A DNA stretch of 32,505 nt from a virus (taxonomy: Duplodnaviria > Caudoviricetes): the IMG/VR virus record IMGVR_UViG_3300033076_000870, positions 1 to 32,505 of that record, one strand, 5' to 3'. A model generated the notes under the pieces. That model was not told the origin of the DNA, searched no databases, and saw only the letters and a program-made list of their open reading frames with translations. Positions 25,190-31,576 of the stretch are shown one piece after another. Positions within the stretch are counted from its first letter, which is position 1. Every line of letters begins with the position of its first letter. Made by a program: the position numbers and the translations under genes.

Positions 25190-26203
25190 TCAATCCTCCT
25201 CTGTTGTTACCCAATCGTCATACTTACCACTCGGCACTTTCCCCTCGGGCAGTGCCACCCGCTTAAACACTCTGTCGCTGAACATCTTGAACAGCGTCTT
25301 GTCCAATATCTTGTTGAATTGGTCGGAACCCAGCGTCACGGACATATCCATGTTGTCACGCCACCACAGTTGTTGTTCCTGCACCATCAGAATGTTGAAC
25401 GCAATCCAATAGTTTTGGTGTCGGCAGTTGTCGTCTTGGTCATCCTTCACTAGGTCGAAGAACTTCTCGGTCTTGTCCCTGTATGCTTGCCATGTCGCAT
25501 CCTTCTCCTCGGGTCGCCAGAACTTCGGCTTCGTCTCCAAGCCCAGCCACTTGTCCACGTTGGGTCGCACTCGGCCACTATCGTTAGCTTCGTACTCCAT
25601 GCCAAACACCTCGAACAGCTCGGCGTAGTTGGTACGCACAATGCCGTACTCCTCACCGTATTGCTTCACCGTTTCCTCTTTGAGTTTGACCACGCCGCTG
25701 AGGTAGTCACGGAATTGGCTCACCTGCTTTCTAACATTGTTAGCTTCCTTGCGGTTCACTCGGTAGTCGTAGAGCGTCTGCTTTTCCTTCGGCACCCACT
25801 CCCCGCGTGAGCCACGCACTAATACCAGTTCCTCATGGTCGCGCACCATCGCCTTGACGTTGCCAACAAAGCCCAGCACCACATCACCACGTAGTCGGTA
25901 CGCACCAACACCTACCAAGATACGACTAATGAACTGACACGTCGATGCGATTGACCAGCGCCCGAACTTAACCTTGACTTCATCCTCGGTCGTGAATGTC
26001 ACCACGGGGGTTTGGTACAACACACACTCAATCGCATCTGTCCATACGTTCTTACGTATAGAGTAGGTGTCCACATCACGCCGCTGTCCTAGTGGTCGCT
26101 TGTCCTCACTCCTGCCCTGTACTGGCTTGATGTTGTTCCATACCCTGTATGCCGCGTTGTAGTCGGCAATCCTCGGCACATTTCTTACTGTTCTGTATCC
26201 CAT
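25190..26203 (-). CDS. hypothetical protein
   Basis: 337 aa, AGGAG RBS; no recognised domain. Confidence 0.8.
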   Translation of the reverse strand: MGYRTVRNVPRIADYNAAYRVWNNIKPVQGRSEDKRPLGQRRDVDTYSIRKNVWTDAIECVLYQTPVVTFTTEDEVKVKFGRWSIASTCQFISRILVGVGAYRLRGDVVLGFVGNVKAMVRDHEELVLVRGSRGEWVPKEKQTLYDYRVNRKEANNVRKQVSQFRDYLSGVVKLKEETVKQYGEEYGIVRTNYAELFEVFGMEYEANDSGRVRPNVDKWLGLETKPKFWRPEEKDATWQAYRDKTEKFFDLVKDDQDDNCRHQNYWIAFNILMVQEQQLWWRDNMDMSVTLGSDQFNKILDKTLFKMFSDRVFKRVALPEGKVPSGKYDDWVTTEED

Positions 26204-26207
26204 TACT

Positions 26208-26408
26208 TCACTCCTTTGTTAAATCTTTCATCTTCTCAAGCAACGCCCTGTCGTTATCCTCGGCGAGTATTTCGTAGGGGTGCCCATCCTTCTTCATCTG
26301 CACAACATTAAGCTGAAAAGACTTCTTGCTCGACACAAGGTAAATCCAATCCTTCTTGTTCAGCGTGGTGTACATCCATCGGTAGAACACCCATGTTCTC
26401 TTTCTCAT
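26208..26408 (-). CDS. small paralog-family protein (DLTKE type)
   Basis: 66 aa; TWVFYR...EILAEDNDRALLEKMKDLTKE. Confidence 0.65.
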   Translation of the reverse strand: MRKRTWVFYRWMYTTLNKKDWIYLVSSKKSFQLNVVQMKKDGHPYEILAEDNDRALLEKMKDLTKE

Positions 26409-26608
26409 ACGCTAGCCAAGGCAACTGTTGCCCTGTCTCGTAACTGCATCATCAGCCCTTGTGGGTTGCGCCCTAGCTTCTGTGCAAGTTGGTATATCGC
26501 GTTTCGTTTCGCGTTGTTGGGTGTGGTGGTCGTTGTGTAGAACGTCAGGATTTCCCCTGCGTTGTTGACCGTCACTTTGAATTTGAATTTCTCTTTTGCA
26601 TCTAACAT
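26405..26608 (-). CDS. small hypothetical protein
   Basis: 67 aa; start inside the palindrome. Confidence 0.65.
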   Translation of the reverse strand: MLDAKEKFKFKVTVNNAGEILTFYTTTTTPNNAKRNAIYQLAQKLGRNPQGLMMQLRDRATVALASV

Positions 26609-26610
26609 TG

Positions 26611-26817
26611 TTAGGTTCCTTTCGCTAAGTTCGCCATCTGCACTGCCACTTCATTCGTCAGCCCACGTTGTAACACCACCGCGTTGCCCGTCTGTCCATT
26701 CCTCGTTCGGTATTCCCACGCATCTTCCTGCATAACCCAAAACTCATTGGGTATGCGCTTGTGTTGGCTGTATATCGACCCTTGGTACACCAACCACCTT
26801 CTGTCCTTCTCTAACAT
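26611..26817 (-). CDS. small paralog-family protein flanked by palindromes
   Basis: 68 aa; start and stop both inside palindrome copies. Confidence 0.65.
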   Translation of the reverse strand: MLEKDRRWLVYQGSIYSQHKRIPNEFWVMQEDAWEYRTRNGQTGNAVVLQRGLTNEVAVQMANLAKGT

Positions 26818-26820
26818 TTG

Positions 26821-27009
26821 TCAGACTCCTTCCTTGGTTAAATCTCTGAATCTCACTAGCTCGTTCCTGTCGTAGCTCGTTAGTATTAGCTCGGCGTTGT
26901 CGTAGGCTGGGTGTCGGCGACCCAGCTCTTTCCAGTACGAATACCTCAGCACATACAAGTTGCCCTGCACCGAACGAACCAATACCCATGTCTTACCCTG
27001 CTCTGCCAT
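26821..27009 (-). CDS. small paralog-family protein (DLTKE type)
   Basis: 62 aa; TWVLVR...ELILTSYDRNELVRFRDLTKE. Confidence 0.65.
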   Translation of the reverse strand: MAEQGKTWVLVRSVQGNLYVLRYSYWKELGRRHPAYDNAELILTSYDRNELVRFRDLTKEGV

Positions 27010-27205
27010 AGCTCGGCCCTCGCACGAATGAGCGCATCTTTATCATCTGTATCGTTGCGTATGCGTAGCGTCTACTCAAGTCCTCGAACTGTGCATCCGT
27101 CATCTCGTCTCGGTTAGCAAACAATAGCTCTGCCTTCCTCGTCATGTCCTTGTATTGCGCCTCCATGTTGAGGTACTCGGTCAGTTGTTCAGCGTTAAAT
27201 TTCAT
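26993..27205 (-). CDS. small hypothetical protein
   Basis: Start MKFNAEQ with GGAG. Confidence 0.6.
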   Translation of the reverse strand: MKFNAEQLTEYLNMEAQYKDMTRKAELLFANRDEMTDAQFEDLSRRYAYATIQMIKMRSFVRGPSYGRAG

Positions 27206-27239
27206 TTCTCCATACTCCTTTGTTTGTTGCCTAACATTG

Positions 27240-27452
27240 TTAGGTCTCGTCTCTCGGGTCGCCGTCATTTGCCAGCTTCCACAGCATGTCCATGCGGTCA
27301 CGGAATCCCTTCAGCTTCTCGGGGTACAAGTCGTTCAGGGCTTTACCCAAACTCCAATTCACATCCGAACGGCTCTCCATACACGCCGCCGCTTCACCGA
27401 GCACGGCATCCAAGTCGATGATTAACCGACCCAATCCTTCGCCTTCATACAT
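27240..27452 (-). CDS. small hypothetical protein
   Basis: 70 aa; stop inside the palindrome. Confidence 0.55.
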   Translation of the reverse strand: MYEGEGLGRLIIDLDAVLGEAAACMESRSDVNWSLGKALNDLYPEKLKGFRDRMDMLWKLANDGDPRDET

Positions 27453-27454
27453 AG

Positions 27455-28168
27455 TTAGCCCCTTTGTTGCTTTTGGTTAGTGTTGATACAGTATTCAAAC
27501 GTGTAGCCCTTGAACCTCGGCTTCCTACCTTTCAAGTGAGAAGTCAACGCTGTTGGGTTGCCGTTCAAATACTCTGCCGCCGACTTCAAAGAGTCGAACA
27601 CTTGCCCTGTTTCTAAGCACCGCACGGACTTGCGTACCTTCACGTTCGGCACACCTGTCTTACTTGCGCTTACCTTCGCCGCCGCCTCGGGCGAGTTGCG
27701 TTTACCCTTACGCGCCGCGCTCATCTTGGCTTTGGTTGCCTCGGACAATGGCCGACCTTTCAATGTCGCGCTAATCTTTGCCCTCACTTCATCTGTTCGG
27801 ACTGCCCCTTTGTTCGGGCTCTTGTCCTCTCTGTTTGTCCATGCTTCACTCATCTTTGCCCTCGTTTCCTCTGTGTGCTTCCTCCCTCGCATACCTGCGT
27901 CGGCATACAAGGCGAGGTTGAACCACGGTTTTTGGTCTATGTAACTTTGCTCTCGCTCGGTTAGCTTGTCGGCTTCGCACTGCTCAAGTACCACGAACTC
28001 AAACTCTGCCTCACCATATTGATTCCATGCTCTCTGTAACTTTGCGTTGTAGTGGATGCCACGATTCAAAGCCTTTCGATGTTGTGAGAACCGCTTCTCT
28101 ATGTTGTTGCTCTGCCCTACATACTTGCGTTCTGTCGGGCGGTGAATGATTGCGTAGATACCTAACAT
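27455..28168 (-). CDS. GIY-YIG homing endonuclease with NUMOD3 repeats and C-terminal NUMOD1-like HTH
   Basis: GIYAI...YVGQS...R...H...E...FN; repeats HTEETRAKMS / RTDEVRAKIS / LSEATKAKMS / NSPEAAAKVS; FDSLKSAA. Confidence 0.9.
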   Translation of the reverse strand: MLGIYAIIHRPTERKYVGQSNNIEKRFSQHRKALNRGIHYNAKLQRAWNQYGEAEFEFVVLEQCEADKLTEREQSYIDQKPWFNLALYADAGMRGRKHTEETRAKMSEAWTNREDKSPNKGAVRTDEVRAKISATLKGRPLSEATKAKMSAARKGKRNSPEAAAKVSASKTGVPNVKVRKSVRCLETGQVFDSLKSAAEYLNGNPTALTSHLKGRKPRFKGYTFEYCINTNQKQQRG

Positions 28169-28195
28169 TGTTATCTTCCTTTCCTATACGGTACA

Positions 28196-28204
28196 AGTAT
28201 ACCA
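28196..28204 (-). promoter_or_regulatory. possible extended -10 promoter upstream of the GIY-YIG gene
   Basis: The - strand reads TG-g-TATACT; there is no clear -35. Confidence 0.4.
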
Positions 28205-28210
28205 CATAGG

Positions 28211-28498
28211 TTAAGAGCGTGTGTTTTTCTGATTGGTATCTAACAAAGTCCGACGCGCCGCATCAGCGGTGACAAAACTGTAATGGCCTTTGCCGTATTC
28301 CATAACAACACACCACGATTCACGCTCGGCTTTGGCTCGGTCTTCACCGCAGAACAGACAGCACCGATAACCTAACTGCCAGCGCTCCTCGGGGAACTCG
28401 TCGCCGCAGTCGATACATTCTTTCCATTGCGTAAACTGCTCACGCAGACTCTCCCCTGACACCGCAGCGGGGCTGCTTGTGTGTGTTTTCTTGTTCAT
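28211..28498 (-). CDS. DksA/TraR-like C4 zinc-finger protein
   Basis: CIDCGDEFPEERWQLGYRCCLFC. Confidence 0.65.
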   Translation of the reverse strand: MNKKTHTSSPAAVSGESLREQFTQWKECIDCGDEFPEERWQLGYRCCLFCGEDRAKAERESWCVVMEYGKGHYSFVTADAARRTLLDTNQKNTRS

Positions 28499-28668
28499 TC
28501 GTCTTCTCCCTTAAAGTTAAGCACCTCAGTGATGATGTGCCCTAAGAGCATCCCGCCGAACACCAAAGAGAAGTTGCCCATCGGTGCGTCATATCCCCAA
28601 GCAAGGAAGATGATTGCCGAGCTGATTAGTGTGAGCGCGCACACGTAGACTTTTTCTTCGATTTGCAT
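28495..28668 (-). CDS. small two-TM membrane protein
   Basis: Start MQIEEKV with AAGGA; two hydrophobic segments. Confidence 0.55.
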   Translation of the reverse strand: MQIEEKVYVCALTLISSAIIFLAWGYDAPMGNFSLVFGGMLLGHIITEVLNFKGEDE

Positions 28669-28787
28669 TTTGTATTCCTTTGTTACGTTCGTGTTCTGCT
28701 TTCGCAGTGTCACGATTTTTTTTCTGACATTTGTCAGATAGGGTTGATGATTTGTCCGTGCATTGGTTTTGTTTTGCCAATGACTAT

Positions 28788-28816
28788 ATTGTATCACATT
28801 GTTACGTGATTGTCAA
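28788..28816 (-). promoter_or_regulatory. strong sigma70-type early promoter
   Basis: TTGACA-17-TACAAT with an extended TG; same ACACTTGACAAT...TGTGWTACAATATAG context as the 24448 promoter. Confidence 0.82.
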
Positions 28817-28837
28817 GTGTTTCCCCCCCCCCCCAAC

Positions 28838-28861
28838 AAAAAGGGAGCCGTTGGCTCCCTT
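28838..28861 (-). terminator. Rho-independent terminator
   Basis: AAGGGAGCC-gtt-GGCTCCCTT followed by a U-tract on the - strand, just after the stop at 28865. Confidence 0.75.
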
Positions 28862-28864
28862 GAA

Positions 28865-29377
28865 TTAAAACCACGCATCCTTCACCGCGTCTTTGTGCTC
28901 CGCTGGGTCGGTGCTTCGGTATCGTTGCGTATGTCGATAGATTGCTCTGCGTACAAAATTGGATTGATTGCCTCGCCCCGCACAGAGATTGTGGAAGTGC
29001 TCAATGTGTTCGGGTTTCCTGCTAGGCATAGTCCAACTGATGGTGCAGTTGCGCGTTGGTGGTTGCCCCACAGTCGGTAGGTTTGCAGGTGGTGTTGAGA
29101 TAAGCGCGGGAGTTTCCATGAGTGCATAAACTGCATCACGGATTACCCGTGAACGTGTCTTGCGTTCGGCTTCACAGAATCGGTCGAGTTGAGCACACAA
29201 AGCCGAAGACATAACTGTGGCGTAGTTGGAAGATAAACGGAACAAAGTGCTAGGCGAGGGGCGTTGCGGTGTTGGGTCGGTATTGTTACGTTTCCCATCC
29301 GTATTTTGTGTTGCTTTGTTATGTTCCTCTTGTTGGGCTTTTACGATTGCCATGAGGTGACTGTGTAGGTTGTGCAT
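28865..29377 (-). CDS. putative tandem ribbon-helix-helix DNA-binding protein
   Basis: YATVMSSALCAQLDRFCEAERKTRSRVIRDAV and TISWTMP...HFHNLCAGRGNQSNFVRRAI both fit the CopG/Arc RHH pattern; the gene has its own terminator. Confidence 0.55.
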   Translation of the reverse strand: MHNLHSHLMAIVKAQQEEHNKATQNTDGKRNNTDPTPQRPSPSTLFRLSSNYATVMSSALCAQLDRFCEAERKTRSRVIRDAVYALMETPALISTPPANLPTVGQPPTRNCTISWTMPSRKPEHIEHFHNLCAGRGNQSNFVRRAIYRHTQRYRSTDPAEHKDAVKDAWF

Positions 29378-29416
29378 TGTGACGTTTTCCTATGGTTATG
29401 TTACGCGTTTTTGGTG

Positions 29417-29691
29417 AAACGTAACAGTATTTGTAACAAAATGAATCCCGATTTCATGCGGGTTGGCGGTATGAAAACATATTGTAATGTATAAAGTAGA
29501 AGAAAAAATAAAAATAAATAAACGGGGGTAAAAAATTTGTGTGGTACGAAAAGCACTTGCTGGTAAGCGCACTTGCTCACTTTGCCGATACTTAATTTTG
29601 AAAAAACGCATAACTTATCGCTGGGTTTATGTTTTCGTCTCGCAACCCGCATGGTTGAGCCATTCATTTTGTTACGTGTTCCGTTACGTTT
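29417..29691. repeat. about 65-bp imperfect inverted repeats flanking an AT-rich core (origin-like)
   Basis: Arms 29417-29481 and 29628-29691 share AAACGTAAC, GTAACAAAATGAAT, CATGCGGGTTG and GAAAACATA in inverted orientation. Confidence 0.85.
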
Positions 29692-29813
29692 TTAAAATGC
29701 CCCCTGTTTTGCGTAACAAACAACGTAACAACGCATCCAACCGCTGAAGCATCCATAGGGAACTGGTATAACTGTGTTTATATACACTAGATACTGGGTA
29801 TTCACGTAGGCGT

Positions 29814-29846
29814 AAAAAAACCCCTACGGCTCTCACCGTAGGGGTT
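29814..29846 (-). terminator. Rho-independent terminator
   Basis: AACCCCTACGG-ctctca-CCGTAGGGGTT with A7 (U7 on the - strand), downstream of the 29866 stop. Confidence 0.85.
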
Positions 29847-29865
29847 AGCTAATATCTGACATTTG

Positions 29866-30378
29866 TCAGATTTCAACCCCGAGCATATCAAGCACATCTT
29901 CTAACTGGGCTTTCACTTTGTAGGACAAAGGCGCTTCGTCAGGGTTCGCGTCCGCGATGCGGTTATAGATGGTTTTCAATTCCGCGATTGTTTTGCCGTC
30001 CACATCTTTCCCGCCAGTGGCTTTTGGTGCCGACACTTTCACGCGGCCCGCGTCATCTTTCACGCGTGACCACATCTGGTCAATATTCGCGCGGGTTTTG
30101 CCGATAGCCTCAAAGTCAGCCACAAATTTATTGTGTTCAGCTTTCACGGCTTTTTTAATCTCGCCCTTCGCATCCCACCATCCCTCACCGAATGTAGCGT
30201 TCATTTGTAGCGCGTATGCTTTTTGAATCTCGCCAGTCTTACCCGTGATTTTCACCAGATTGTCGCGGCATTTGTCCAATGCCGCGATTGAATCGAGCAC
30301 AATTTGAACACCCGATATTGACGCATTTGTAACGTTCACGGATGCAGGGGCTTTTGCTGTCTTAGTCATGATATTCAC
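29866..30378 (-). CDS. hypothetical protein, monocistronic first leftward gene
   Basis: 167-170 aa Ala/Lys-rich helical protein between its own promoter and terminator. Confidence 0.75.
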   Translation of the reverse strand: MNIMTKTAKAPASVNVTNASISGVQIVLDSIAALDKCRDNLVKITGKTGEIQKAYALQMNATFGEGWWDAKGEIKKAVKAEHNKFVADFEAIGKTRANIDQMWSRVKDDAGRVKVSAPKATGGKDVDGKTIAELKTIYNRIADANPDEAPLSYKVKAQLEDVLDMLGVEI

Positions 30379-30424
30379 CTTTTCAAATATGGGGAAAGAA
30401 CCATTCTTTCGCTACCATGACTTA

Positions 30425-30453
30425 ATTGTAGCACAATAAAACCCCCAAGGCAA
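30425..30453 (-). promoter_or_regulatory. sigma70-type promoter
   Basis: TTGCCT-17-TACAAT with an extended TG. Confidence 0.7.
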
Positions 30454-30539
30454 CTATTTGCCAATTATTTTCTAGGTGTTTTCCCTATGTAAACTTTGGT
30501 TTTCAATATTGAATCTGACATTTGTCAGATAACGCGCGC

Positions 30540-30780
30540 GGGTACGGGGTCAAAACTCGCCGATTCAGTCACCCTACCCACGGGGCACCCCCCAAAATTG
30601 GCACAAGGGGGAGGTGGGGTCCTATACACTCTATTCCACTCAAACAATGTTGCGTTTTTAAAAATACCCCCCACCCCCATATATTTTGTGTGACAAAGTT
30701 ACCCCACCCCCTCTATATAGAAAACCCCCCGGGTAGGGAGTCCCAGAAAATTTTTTGCCCCCCCATATATTTTTTGCTGT
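30540..30780. other. C/G-tract and A/T-tract-rich non-coding region upstream of terS (candidate packaging/terminus region)
   Basis: Multiple C4-C7 runs flanked by A/T runs in a divergent intergenic region. Confidence 0.45.
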
Positions 30781-30880
30781 ATAGTCGGCCCCGTTGGAGT
30801 TTGAGATTCAGTTGTTCCGGCGATTGAGTTACAGGCCCAGACTCCAACACCCTCCCTTTTCACTAAGGTGCACACAATTT

Positions 30881-31576
30881 ATGATCGAAATTCAGCCTAC
30901 GCCAGACAAGCCTCTGCCGTTTGATTTGTCCGATGAGCAGCCCAAGACTCATGCGGATAGCGTAGCTATTGCCGCCAACACTGTGAATCTTCTGGAAGAA
31001 CTTGGTGGCTCCCTTGATTTCGACGCAAAAGATTTCCAAGCTGCCGCTGCGCTAGCTACGGGAAAGACAAAACCCACAATCCCCACCACCGTTCAGAAGA
31101 CAGGCGTCGCCAAAGTTTTGGCCGTTGCGGTGAAAGAGTACGACTTCCAAGTTTTTGCCGACGTGCAGCAGGCGAGGAATTTCGTAACAAACAAGCTCAT
31201 GATGATGGCCGACTGCGGAGACCCAAAGCTGGAGTTGAAGGCACTCGAACTCTTGGGCAAGCACAGCGACATCGGTCTTTTCACCGAGCGCTCAGAAATT
31301 ACAGTGCACCACACAACCAGCTCCTCGCTGGAAGCCTCTATTAAAGAACGCGTGAAACGCCTGATGAACGCAGAGGTGACGGACGTGCTGCCACTGGACG
31401 ACTTGGATGCGCACTTAGGAGTAGCAGGAGAGGGCGAGTTTACAAACGACGAAGAAAACGCCCCGGGAAACTTGATTGCTACCGATACGCAAGAATACCT
31501 AGAAGATACAGAATGTAAAGTAGACGTAACTATTGAAGAAACGTCAGGCTCAAAAGGTAAAAAAGCCAAAAAATGA
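30881..31576 (+). CDS. terS: putative terminase small subunit
   Basis: Start MIEIQPT; ELKALELLGKHSDIGLFTER motif; ATGA-coupled to terL. Confidence 0.7.
   Translation: MIEIQPTPDKPLPFDLSDEQPKTHADSVAIAANTVNLLEELGGSLDFDAKDFQAAAALATGKTKPTIPTTVQKTGVAKVLAVAVKEYDFQVFADVQQARNFVTNKLMMMADCGDPKLELKALELLGKHSDIGLFTERSEITVHHTTSSSLEASIKERVKRLMNAEVTDVLPLDDLDAHLGVAGEGEFTNDEENAPGNLIATDTQEYLEDTECKVDVTIEETSGSKGKKAKK

Larger units (their letters stand above)
12443..30530. repeat. dispersed palindrome family CTRACA-W(1-2)-TGTYAG, about 20 copies
   Basis: TCTGACAWWTGTCAGA at 12448, 18071, 20345, 21373, 24396, 28723, 29855, 30514. CTAACAWTGTTAG at 16894, 17728, 22504, 22930, 23673, 25731, 26602, 27231. One-mismatch copies at 22301 and 28162. 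Hybrids CTAACATTTGTCAG at 19136 and 26811. Confidence 0.95.

Noticed and set aside
21393-26203. Two genes both starting MGYR(S/T)
   Set aside because: The similarity does not extend beyond 4-5 residues.
19136-28173. Palindromes as integron attC sites (they contain GTTAG and CTAAC, like R boxes)
   Set aside because: attC sites need roughly 55-140 bp with inner L boxes between the two ends; here the halves abut. No tyrosine recombinase is present in the window. The resemblance is noted but insufficient.
498-29747. Many + strand ORFs in the track (e.g. 3651-4406, 5476-6360, 2123-2794)
   Set aside because: These are antisense shadows of well-supported - strand genes, with no RBS or recognisable motifs.
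29396-29747. Short ORFs in the origin-like region
   Set aside because: The sequence is AT-rich and repeat-structured, with no RBS and no protein-like composition.
12443-30530. Palindromes as a CRISPR array, with the Cas4-like nuclease at 7548-8219
   Set aside because: The repeats are 13-16 bp, irregularly spaced hundreds to thousands of bp apart, and often inside genes. The nuclease is an ordinary phage PD-(D/E)XK exonuclease, and there are no cas1/cas2 genes.
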